NCBI RefSeq assembly: GCF_006345805.1
Contig: NC_042997.1
Coordinates: 188,480,001 to 188,544,000, forward strand
DNA length: 64,000 bases
Direction: 5' to 3'
Origin: Octopus sinensis
Taxonomy: Eukaryota
A model generated the notes under the pieces. It searched no databases and had not been told where the DNA came from. It worked only from the letters and a program-made list of their open reading frames with translations. Both the position numbers and the translations under genes were made by a program. Shown in pieces: positions 39,043 through 50,650 of the stretch. Each line of letters opens with the position of its first letter. Within the stretch, counting starts at the first letter, position 1.

Positions 39043-39229
39043 AATATATATATATATATATATATATATGCGCATGTGTGTGTACATATAAACACACATA
39101 CACAAACTAAAATTTGATATTCAATATTCACTAAATTCAATAAACAATAAGGACATGAACTATTTATTAAATCATTGTTTGGAAAATGTTAAACATACAG
39201 TTAATGGTTGTGAAATGCATGAATAACAT

Positions 39230-39740
39230 CTGAGCAAGAGCATTAAACAAACAAGATCAGTGATCTTGTACTCTTTAGTGAGAGATGCTGGCTTTCTATA
39301 GGATAAGTTCTGATTAGATTTTGGAAATGAAAAAAGGAATTACTTGTAGAAAGAACCTTTTATGAGGCAACAATAAACTATTTGATTTAGCCCAGCAGTT
39401 TGAATGATCTAAATATGAAAGTGTAGGGCAAGAAAGGGAGGGTTTCCTAATTTAGTAAATGGCATCAGTAAATTCAAGATGAAATTAAAACTCTTCATCT
39501 TTCAACTAGAAAATTAGGATTAGAACAAGTTTCTGCACTTTAAAAAGTAAAGTGAAAATACCAAGGATGATGGCAATTTTACAAATTATGTTGTAAAAAT
39601 TATGTGATTTAGCTATATATATGACTGCATTTATAAGCCCATTTTAACTTAATGAACAAATGATGGAAAAGCTTAGTAATATGCAGATGGATCTTATTGA
39701 CTTTTCTCCAAAGCATAAAAGCTTGGCAAGATCAAAACAG
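39230..39740 (+). mobile_element. Decayed hAT (SPIN/GTF2IRD2-like) transposase fragment
   Basis: LNDLNMKV*GK then, after a frameshift, NLVNGISKFKMKLKLFIFQLEN, typical of this transposase group; several stops. Confidence 0.7.
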
Positions 39741-39809
39741 ACTCATTAAGTAATGTTTAGATTGTTTGTTTTTTGGGTTTTTTTAAAAATATTAAATCAT
39801 TATATTATG

Positions 39810-40095
39810 TAAAAATACTAACTATAATTTATACAAGAATTGAGTGTGAGCACAGATCTTGTATGACACATTTGAACTCATGCATGAAAAGTTTATTGCA
39901 TGGTAGCCAATCTTGCTCTCCATGGTCTTTGACTTATTAGAAGTAGCAGTCAAATCGCTCTCAAATCTCAACTTACTGTCTTGGAAAAAGGACACATTGG
40001 AGAATATACTCCTAGATTTACAAAAAGATGTGATGATCACAGCTGGAATGCATTTGGACATCTTTCTGTTTGGCCAGAGTGGAAATAGGAGCTAA
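39810..40095 (+). mobile_element. Possible C-terminus of a restriction-like-endonuclease non-LTR element (R4/Dong-like)
   Basis: PILLSMVFDLL...LENILLDLQKDVMI only loosely resembles such C-termini. Confidence 0.2.
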
Positions 40096-40134
40096 ACAAC
40101 AATATGGAATGCTACTTTAACTCCAGTAAGGATT

Positions 40135-40334
40135 TTCGTGCTGGTGGCACGTAAAAGCAGCCACTACACTCTCGAAGTGGTTGGTGTTAGGAAGGGCATC
40201 CAGCTATAGAAAATCTGCCAAATCAAGATTGGAGACTGATGCAACCATCTGGTTCGCCAGCCCTCAGTCAAAATCGTCCAACCCATGCTAGCATGGAAAG
40301 CGGACGTTAAACGATGATGATGATGATGATGATG
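40135..40334 (+). mobile_element. RTE-type 3' tail ending in (GAT)n
   Basis: gtgttaggaagggcatccagct...catggaaagcggacgttaaacgatgatgat. Confidence 0.85.
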
Positions 40335-41199
40335 AATTAAGAGTCTACCTTGTATTTCTAGAAAATGTATACAGTTTAGCTGGTATAGTTGATACTTTCA
40401 GACAGTATAAAATTATCTCATTTACATGCACTCTGTCTATTTTGAACATAAATAGATTATATTATATGAGCAGATCTATTTAACACTTTTGCTACCATAT
40501 TTTTGTTGAAAATCACTGCTTTTGTACCAATTAATTTTGAAAATAGTGAAGAATTTAGTAAATTAATATCATCTTAAGTTAATATTTGGAGTATAATTTA
40601 ACATAAAATTTTGATGGAAGGTTTGAATTTAAATCACTTTAAAACAGACACCAAGGTTAATCTATCCATGTCTTGAAAATACATGCTTAAAAGATGTTGC
40701 TGATGGAGTGTCTCTAAAGTGTGAGAGGTGACACAGTTTATATATGAATGGCCTAACATTTAAACATGTATACATTTTTGTTCTTGTTTTGTGAATGGCT
40801 AAGTGATGCTTGTTGTCTAGACCTATAGTATTTCACTACCTAGGAATAAATGCATTTATAATGGAGTTGTTCATTTTTATGAATAGCAGGAACAATTAGA
40901 ATAAATGGCATTCATTGTAAGCATTTTTACAAGCCTCTAATTGTAGTATCATTGTTACTTGTCATTAGAGTCAGATAACAGAGGTATTTTAATAGGAAGC
41001 TTAGCAACAATTAACAACTGTCATTAGCAACAAATACCTCAAGCAGTTTAACAAGGATTTACCAAGAAGCAATGCTGTTAACTGTCTTCAGTGACAGATG
41101 TTGCCAACATTTTAATAGCAATCATTTAGTGGGAAAAGAAAAAAAAGGAAGGAAAAAAAACTGTTAGCTGCCATCAGCTAGAGATTTTTTTGTTTACAG

Positions 41200-41264
41200 T
41201 TTATGGATTAACATCACCAATACATTTGATAATAATTAATAACAACATTTGAATCAGAACCAAG
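41200..41264 (+). other. Candidate non-coding plus-strand exon
   Basis: ttttttgtttacag| acceptor and CAAG|gtgaga donor; stops in all three frames. Confidence 0.25.
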
Positions 41265-41870
41265 GTGAGAATACAGCAGTGTGGATTGACGTAATATTTA
41301 GGAAAGCTTTATATTCTGCCAACTTTGTAATGAAGTTTGTGTATTCTGCCATAACATAAAGTCTAGTGAGAGTATTTAAAATTAAATTTCTTCCACAAAG
41401 TTTCTGGTGTTAATTTAAAATTTCTTTTAGATTTTGTTTGTTTCCATAATAAACAATTAGCTTGAAATTGTAGGTTTCAATTTGATTCAGCCCATAATTA
41501 AGAGCCATTAATCCTTCATCAAGATAAAACTGTTGAACCAATATAGAAGCATCCATGACCTGCTAGAATTAGCAGCCAAATCTCTTTCAAAGTTCATAAT
41601 TGATCTCTAGGTTGTGCCTAGCCATTCAGCTGATTACTAATATGATCAGAGCTAACGTGAAGTTTCTCAGTCACAACAAATTGTTTTACATTCAATGTAA
41701 TAAAACATGTCCAACATTATTACTCCTGCCTTAATGAATATACAATAAATTGTGTTATATCACACAATAAATTGTTTTGAAAGTAGTTTAGTTTAACAGT
41801 TTATCATTTATATAAGTTACAATGATTGCAGCTGCTACCATCGATGCGACTGTAGTACATAAAATAGCTA

Positions 41871-42290
41871 GGATCTTTTCGGTTTGAACGGCAGTTTTTT
41901 CTAGTGGTGTCATATGAAATTGTCACCCATAATTACGACCCTAGTATCGATCTATTGCATTTCAATCTGTTTTAGGGTTAGGGTTAAGGGTGGGGGGAAG
42001 GGTATCTTTTTTTCTTCACAAATGTAAATAAACCCAATCTGTTTCTTAAATGAGGGACATATTCATATGGCACAGAATGTTTTTTTTACCTCAATAGACG
42101 TCAGTGATTGGTTGAAATTGCAGAAATTGAAGAAAAAAAACAACAAATATCTTACAAACAATAGAATTTTCTCAATAAAGCCAAGAGAAAAAGATGTTTT
42201 ATAAACACATTATACCAGTATAGGAAGTTTAACATTTTTTTAGTTACCTAGAAATTATGTTAAAAACTGCTGTTCAAACCGAAAAGATCC
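41871..42290 (+). mobile_element. MITE with ~29-bp TIRs and a near-perfect 8-bp TSD
   Basis: ggatcttttcggtttgaacggcagttttt ... aaaaactgctgttcaaaccgaaaagatcc; flanks aatagcta / aacagcta. Confidence 0.85.
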
Positions 42291-43094
42291 AACAGCTAGA
42301 AAGCTGTTGAAAAACAAAAGTGTTATTTCAGGCTGATCAAACTACCTGTTGCACCTATTTTCTCACTCTTCTAGCTCATGTACTAAACAATATGTCCAGT
42401 TGTTTTCCTCATAAAATTGCACCAGTCTACAACCACTTACCACCTTAGCTATTTTGTTTTTTTAAACAAACTACTAACTCTTCATTTTGGAATGAAAAAG
42501 AGAACGAGAGAGAGGGAGAGAGGTGGGGGTCGCCATGAAGTTGTTGAGACAAAACTATATTTGGTAAATGAAGAAATAGAGTGGAAAGACCAGGTTGCTA
42601 GTCAGTAGTTTGCTTACCAAACCAACTAGGCTATGAATGTTGAATAGACAGTTTTTGACATTTGATGACTAAAGTAAATGTCATTACAAACAGTTTAGTT
42701 AGAATTAAGACAAGAAAATAAAATAAAAAGATAAGAAATTTGTATTTCTCAACTATGATCAACTGATAAAACTGCAGGACCAAATGTTGTTGAAGTAAAT
42801 ATATGTCTCTAGCAAATGGTACAAGACCACAAAACTGGAAAGAAGGTACAGTCAATTAAATTGGCCTGACTTGTACTTTATTTTATCAAATCGGTTCCTA
42901 ATGTAACTCTAATTTTATATCTTGCAAAGTGATTCTATTTCTAAAGGAGTGTATTGCTTTTTCATTGGTTTAAAATGGTATCTAAAGAAACGCTATAGTA
43001 ATAGGAAAAAGTACTGCAAAATATCTTATAATAGTTATGGCCATCTCTTAAGTAATAAAAGTTGCAAAGTACAAATAAAATTTAGTTGCCAAAT

Positions 43095-43450
43095 CATCAT
43101 CATCATCATCATCGTTTAACATCCGCTTTCCATGCTAGCATGGGTTGGACAGTTCAACTGGGGTCTGGGAAGCCAGAAGGCTACACCAGGCCCAGTCTGA
43201 TCTGGATGCTCTTCCTAACACCAACCACTCCGTGAGTGTAGTGGGTGCTTTTTACGTGCCACCAGCACAGGTGCCAGACGAGGCTGGCAACGGCCATGAT
43301 CGGATGGTGCTTTTTACGTGCCACTGGCACGGAGACCAGTCAGGGCAGCGCTGGCTATGGCCACGTTCGGATGGTTCTCTTATGTGCCACCGGCACTGGT
43401 ATCACAGCTACAAATTCCATTGATGTTGATCGATATCAATATCAAATGAT
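43095..43450 (-). mobile_element. RTE-type 3' region with an internal ~65-bp-period repeat
   Basis: (CAT)n then the RTE tail; ggtgctttttacgtgccacc.gcac motif three times. Confidence 0.8.
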
Positions 43451-43795
43451 ATTGGAAAAGCGGTAACCAAGTTTAGTGTTTAAGGAGAAAAACTTTATGA
43501 ACTCAGTAACACATATATAGAGCAACAAATGTATTGTGTTACCATTTATTCCAATAAACCATCACTTCACCAACAACTAACAATAGCATTCATATTACTC
43601 TGTCAAATGTAATGCTTATTTATTGACATTGTCATGAACTAATTGTGCATTATCTTGCACCTTTGAGATTTCAATGATGTGATTGTTTATTTTTAGAATG
43701 ACATTGTAAGGTAGGTATGAAAGGCTGGATCTGTCCAGTTTTAACATAAAACCAGTAGAATATTTGGGCTGGATATGACCAGCTAAAAAGCTAAT

Positions 43796-44075
43796 CATCA
43801 TCATTGTTTAACGTCCGCTTTCCATGCTGGCATGGGTTGGACGGTTTGACTCAAGGCTGGCAAACCAGATGGCTGCACCAGGCTCCAATCTTGATCTGGC
43901 AGAGTTTCTACAGCTGGATGCCCTTCCTAATGCCAACCACTCCGAGAGTGTAGTGGGTGCTTTTTACATGCCACCTGCATGGAGGCCAGTCAGGCGGTAC
44001 TGGCAATGACCTCGCTCGAATCTTTTTACACATGCCACCGGCACAGGTGCCAGTAACGCAATGCTGATAACGATA
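43796..44075 (-). mobile_element. RTE-type 3' region
   Basis: Aligns to 6257-6448 and 43095-43450. Confidence 0.8.
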
Positions 44076-46375
44076 TACATATATATATACTCTTTTTATT
44101 TTTTATGGTTAAATATTAAGGATTACAAGACTATTATAATTATGCAGTGAAGATAGTAATGCTACTGTAGTAAAAGTTCATAGAGATTGGTAAAGGTTTA
44201 AAGAATTGAAGCTTTGATGATAATTAGTTGCCCCTTCCCTCTCTCCATCCATTCGGAATGCAGTGTTACAAATATGTGGGGCAGGGCTGTAAGAAGCAAG
44301 GTATAGAAGATATTTATTGCCTGAGTATATGTAAGTCATATGTTATTTATTAGATATGTCATAATTTACATTCGATTTAATTAATTGCAAAGGAAACAAT
44401 AGTTTGCAAGGAATTACATCCACTAGATACACTTTAGACTCTACACAAAACACTTTGATCGTTCTTTCAGCGTTAGAACTACATACATCACTCCAGTATT
44501 TCCATTGATCATTGATGTCTATATGTCCCCTCCATCAAGCAAGCAGCAATAATTCATATTAAACATTAACCACACTAACTTCACCTAAAATAAGATGGTT
44601 CCTCAGTTTAAGAGAGGCTAAAATGGTAATGGGAACTGTCATTCTGCTTCAGATTAACAAACAGCAAAAAGAAAGATTATTGACAATAATGCCTTACAAA
44701 ATGAAATTAAAAGACAATTAGTGACTAAAGATGTGTGCAAGGAGTGGGATCAAGAAGGTGGGGAGGGGGGCGAGGGTAATAATTTAAGAGAATCATAACT
44801 TCAATATAATACCAGCTACCATTCTTATAGTTAAATGATTGCTATAAATAACCTTGATTATACTTTCTGAAGTGACTCTTACAGAAGTGAAATTGCATCT
44901 AAGCCATAAAAGGGAGCAGAAAGGAAGTTAATCAAAGATGAGAAGACTGTCCTTGGTCTTCATACACACAGACATTACTCATCATACAATATCACAGGCA
45001 AATTTCAACTGTTTCAATAAAATGCTTTGAATGCTTTTTCCTTTTCAAACCATCTCATGAATCACTTCTGAGTCGTTAGTGTTAATAAATATGAAAATAA
45101 AAGATATTCAACTAATAAAATGATTTGCAACAAATTAACAAATAAATAAATAAATAAATAAATAAATAAAACATTCAGGGGGGAAAAAATTTAATTAAAA
45201 ATAATAAAAAAAATAGCATTTTAACTATATTTTAAAGAACTAGTAATTAGATTAGAATGTTGAAAATTGAGTCAGTAACTGGGATTTGAAGCTCATTGGC
45301 TAACAAATAGACAACTTGCAATTAAAATAATAAATTAGACAAAAAAGATTATTTTTTTGAGATACTAAATGAGCTGCCTGTTGAAATTAGTTTTCTTTGG
45401 AGAATTCACACTTTGTACTCAATTTCCCAACTTTTGCTAATCATTATTACTAACTTCTAAAGCATAATATAAGATTATTATATCAAGCCAATTTGATATA
45501 AAGCTTAATAATAAAAGCATATAGTAACACTGACTAATATGTAAATTAGTTTACAATCAATAGGATTGCCCAAGTAATCTCAGATGTCTTTTAAATATTA
45601 CATCTCAAGACAAAAAGAAAATTTTTTTTAAAATGCAGTGATGATTATTAAAAGAAAACCATTTGACAATTGTATTTAAATAATCCTGCCTTTGAAATAT
45701 TAATAAAATAAATTCATTCAACCAACTTGTAAAAACACTCACACATACACATAAAAAGAAAGCACAAACAAAATCTGGACACTACAAGCCACATCACAGA
45801 CTATCTTTGAGGGTAGTTGTTCTAAATAAGAATTAATAAAAGGCAGAGAGAATTCTTTGATTGTCCTCTCATGGGACAACCTCTCCAGTGATATGTGTGT
45901 GGGGTGGAGGAACGATAAAATGCATCTAAGACATATATAATACCAAAGTTGGCCGCTTCTTTCTGTTGTTATGATGACATCCCAAAAGCCAACTAAGAGC
46001 TTCAATGTTGTCACTTGACCTGCTAGGAATAGCAGCCAAATCACACCCACTACATTAGAATATAAAGGAAACATTGAATAATGTAGTTCTGGATGGCCTT
46101 AAAAACAGAGAAAAGAGAAAGAGAGAATCATAAGGCCAAGTGGTTTGCTTCAGAATCACCTAGGTCTGGGTTTGAGCCGATTGCAGATGACCGTGGGAAA
46201 GTGTCTTCTCCTACTGTAATGGTCATTCCAGGGTGTGAAATTGGGTAAGTCAAAAACTTTGTAAAGGCCCATCAGAAGGACCATGCTTGAAATTTGAAGA
46301 CCTAGCTTTGAGATATAGCATCATTCTGAGACTAACAGAATACTACTTTATGACTGAAAAGTATATATGTATCTC

Positions 46376-46951
46376 TTCTCTTTTACTTGTTTCAGTCATT
46401 AGACCGTGGCCATGCTGGGGACCCACCTTTAAGGAGTTTAGTCAAACAAATTGAGCCTAGGACTTACTTTTGGAAGCCTAGTACTTATTCTATTAGTTTC
46501 TTTGGCCGAACCACTAAGTTATGGGAACGTAAACACACTAACACTGTTGTCAAGTGGTGGAGGGGAACTAACACAGACACCCACACATCTCTCTATATAA
46601 ACGGCAAAATGTCTATGTGTGTATCCTTTATACAAATCCACAATTTTTCAGTTAGAGGGCTCACACTTTCTATGGTCATTCAAAACCGTCCGAGGGTGGT
46701 CATGCACATCTTTACATTTCCCCAGTCACCCTGCAAAGTCATTAAAAAAATCAATAGAAGTGACTTTTTTGTGAATTTTCTATCCAAAACCCAATCAAAA
46801 TGCCTGAAACTTGATACGCCAATTGAATGCCAGCTAGCTGTATGTGATGGGTTGGAGATTTGGACAGTACTCGCATGTATGTACGCACGCACGCAGCTGT
46901 ATATACATGCACTAGCACTATGACCCGGCGTTGCCAGGTCATAGTGCTAGC

Positions 46952-46982
<31 letters not shown>

Positions 46983-47172
46983 TATATATACACTCACACA
47001 TACACACACAATAGGCTTCTTTCAGTTTCCATCTACCAAATCCAGTTACAAGGATTTGATCAGCCCAAGATTATAATAGAAGACACTTGCTCAAGGTGTC
47101 ACACAGTGGGAATGAACCCAGAACCCTGTGGTCAAGAAGCAAGCTTCTTATCGCACAGCCAAGCCTGCGCCT
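46376..47172 (-). mobile_element. SINE family C interrupted by a Helitron-like insert
   Basis: SINE halves at 46376-46587 and 46951-47172. Confidence 0.8.
46588..46950 (+). mobile_element. Non-autonomous Helitron-like element
   Basis: Starts A|TCTCTCTATATAAA, ends in a 39-bp hairpin with terminal CTAG, no TSD; the next base is C rather than the canonical T. Confidence 0.6.
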
Positions 47173-47901
47173 TCTATAATATATATCTGCTTATATATCA
47201 TCACCATCATCATTTAATGTCGTTTTCCATGCTGGTATGGGCTGGATGGTTTGGCAGAAGCTGGCATGGCTGGAAGCTGTACTAGGCTCTGTTGTCTGTT
47301 TTAGCGCATGTGCATGTGTGTATATACATATATACACATACAAATATATATCTATGTGTAATGTGTGTTTTTTTTTTTGCTACCATATGCTCTTCCTGTT
47401 CACCAGCCCTTCCTCATTTCTTACAACATGTAGGGATGGGGTACACCTATTACACACACACACACACAGTGTGCACATGCATGCATACACTTGCATATCC
47501 ACACAGAATGAGTGTCTATGTTCATATACATACACACTTGTGTATATTTTCAATGTAATGGTTTAATATTTAGCTTACTTACAAGTAAAGATTCATTTAA
47601 TGCAACTAAACAAATAGATAAGATTAGAGAATGAGGAAGGAGGGTATCAGGAGAGAAAGAGAGGGGGAAGGGGAGAGAAATGGAAAGAGAGAGAAAGAAA
47701 GAGTGAAGAGAAGAAAGAGAAAAATAAATTCCGTAAATATATTGACTAAATTATCTATTGTATCACCTTTTTCAAATATTGTTTTCTTCCTCAGTGCTTT
47801 TAAAGAAATCTTACAATTTTCTTGATTTAGTTCTCAGACTAAATTTGAAAATAAAGAGAAGCCTTTAATTTTGCATATATACATATATAAAATTGTATGT
47901 G

Positions 47902-47904
<3 letters not shown>

Positions 47905-47969
<65 letters not shown>

Positions 47970-48389
47970 TAGATATAGATATCTATATATCATTACCAGA
48001 CTTTTAATATTTCAATTCTAAAAATATAAATGCAATACTGTTATAATGATTCCTTTCCAAGGTTCATTGTTGATATACATTATATACTGAAGTAGTCAAT
48101 TTTGTATATTTAAATGCTCAGATTAGAAAAAATTTAAGAAGATACATAGACACACACACACACGCATATATATCAATACATACATATATGTGCATATATA
48201 TATATACATACATATACACATACATTTATTGATAAATACAGAAAATAAGGATGACAAAAGAATAAATTTTATTTTTAAGTATTAATCAAGTAGAAATAAA
48301 GAGCGGACATAATTTTTTTTTTCCAAGATAGATTTCAAAAATATATAATTTTGATTTATATTTGCATTTAAGTACTATATAAATACTAT

Positions 48390-48440
<51 letters not shown>

Positions 48441-48546
48441 ACTTGCATTAAGTATATATAAGGTGTCTTTGAATGAGCTTCAAATCTATCTACCTGAAGA
48501 AGAAGAAGAAGAAGAAGAAGAAGAAGAAGAAGAAGAAGAAGAAGAA
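47905..48546. repeat. Microsatellite cluster: (TA)n(GA)n, (CA)n at about 48395-48437, (GAA)n at about 48497-48546
   Basis: Directly visible. Confidence 0.95.
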
Positions 48547-49013
48547 AAAGGTGGTGGTGGTGGTTTTGAACCTCTTCACATAAAATTAGCCATATAAATT
48601 TATTAATACTTTAATTGTAGTAGACTGTGAAAATAATTTCTGGAGAATATAGCAAAAGCAGAGAAAAAAATTTAAGTTCAAAATTTTTATAAAAGGGAGT
48701 AAAAGGATACCCTGTTTTAAAATAAGTACCACTCAATTCCTTATAATTACAGGTCTTGTATCGAAATGAGAAAAAATTATCTTTCAAGGTGCAAAGTGGC
48801 AGAATTGTTAAAATGTTGGACAAAATAAATGTAGCAGCATTTCTTCTGAGTTCAAATCCTGCTGGGGTCAAATCTGCATTTTATCCATAATAATCTGCAT
48901 TTTATCCATAAAATAATGTACCAACCGAATACAGAGATCAATGTAATTTGACTAACATCTACTCCTAAAATTACTGGCCTTGTACTAAAATTTGAAACAA
49001 TTATTATTATTAT

Positions 49014-49144
49014 ATGAGTTCAAATTCCGCCGAGGTCGACTTTGCCTTTCATCCTTTCGGGGTCGATAAATTAAGTACCAGTTACGCACTGGGGTTGATG
49101 TCTGTCCTTGTTTAGCCCCTTGTGGGTAGTAAAGAAATAATAAT
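49014..49144 (+). mobile_element. 5'-truncated SINE family B, tail A
   Basis: Flanked by aattattattattat at 48999-49013 and 49145-49159 (low-complexity TSD). Confidence 0.8.
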
Positions 49145-49335
49145 AATTATTATTATTATCATCATCATTATTATAAGGGGGATGGGCTGGCAGAATCATT
49201 GGTGTGTGTTAGAATAAATGTTATGTCGTGCGATTATTTCTTTTGACACTTTGCATTCCAGGTTAAAAAGCTGCTGAGATCAACTTTGACTTTCATTTCT
49301 AGAGGCGTGACGGGGGGAGGGGGAGATAAGGTACC

Positions 49336-49561
49336 TATTTCTTTACTACCCACAAGGAGCTAAACACAGAGAGGACAAACAAGAACAGATAAAATTAAGT
49401 CGATTATATCGACCCCAGTGCGTAACTGGTACTTATTTAATCGACCCCGAAAAGATGAAAGGCAAAGTCGACCTCGGCGGAATTTGAACTCAGAACGTAG
49501 CGACAGACGAAATACCGGTAGGCATTTCGCCCGGCGTGCTAACGTTTCTGCCAGTTCGCCT
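49336..49561 (-). mobile_element. Young SINE family B, tail A, with a 14-bp TSD
   Basis: TSD ggagataaggtacc at 49322-49335 and 49562-49575; CpGs intact. Confidence 0.9.
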
Positions 49562-50150
49562 GGAGATAAGGTACCAGTTAAGTATTGAGGTTGATTCAAT
49601 CATCTAACCCTCTTCCACTGAAGTCACAGGCCTTGTGCCCAAATGAAAAATACTATTATTATTATTAGGCAGACGGTAGAATAAGACTGTACCCTGGACC
49701 AAAAAAAAAAAAACTAGCAGGAGTTATGTTATATAGTTATGTCCCTTTATGTTCTGCGTTCAAGTCTCACTTGAGTGAACTTTACCCCTCATTCTTCTAG
49801 GGTCCATAAAAGAAGTACCGTTCAAGTACTAGGGTCAATAGAATTTACTATACTTGCCTGTAAAAAAAAGTAACAAAAAAAAAAAAAACTGGCTTTGTGT
49901 ACATGTATACAAGGCTTACGCGCGCGCGAAACCGTCCCCCCCCACCTCCACCCCGTTTATATATATAAATATATTGCAAACATATATATATATGTACGCT
50001 TAGTGCTTCTGTGCATATCTATACTCACATGTATAAACACACACACACACACACAGGCGCAGAGATAATAGCATACATTTTTCGCATATGTTTATTTGAT
50101 TAAGTGTTTGTGTGTCCACGTGTAAGTTTGCGTGTGTAAGAGAGAGCAGG

Positions 50151-50184
<34 letters not shown>

Positions 50185-50583
50185 AATACACACACGCACG
50201 CACGCACGCATACACATACATACACATACACCGTGTGTTTGATCTTATCTGGCTGTGTGTATGTATTACATACACAAGATGTGTTTGATCTTCTCTCATT
50301 TTCTCTCTCTCTCTCTCGTTCTGTGTGAATGTATGTTCTCTCTCTCTTTCTCTCCCGCACTCAAACACATAAATACAGGAACACATTAAATGTATAGAGA
50401 GAGAGGTAGAAGAAAGAGAAGCCAAAAAGGCAAGGCACAGAAGAAAATGAGTGTGAGAAAGATAGATAGACAGAGAAAGAGAAAGAGAGAGAGAGAGAGA
50501 GGTGTTTATCATTTCATGTGTAGTTGGGTTCATCTGAAATGTTTGTGTAATTGCCTTTACAAATAGCTTCCCTTCTCTTTCAG

Positions 50584-50650
50584 ATTGCTACAGTGACTCA
50601 CTAGACAAGAGGGAAGAGAGAACTACAGTCTGTTTAGAAAAAGAGAAAGA
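50584..50650 (+). other. Candidate plus-strand exon after a strong acceptor
   Basis: cttcccttctctttcag|; weak donor GAA|gtaata; T-rich sequence follows. Confidence 0.2.

Noticed and set aside
41970-41990. TTAGGG repeats as an interstitial telomere or fusion scar
   Set aside because: Only 2-3 units, and they lie inside a TIR-bounded MITE.
46387-46923. 178-aa ORF
   Set aside because: It runs through a SINE and the Helitron-like insert; no domain is recognisable.
48871-48911. 21-bp tandem duplication (and a similar one near 3598-3641)
   Set aside because: Ordinary slippage duplication with no further structure.
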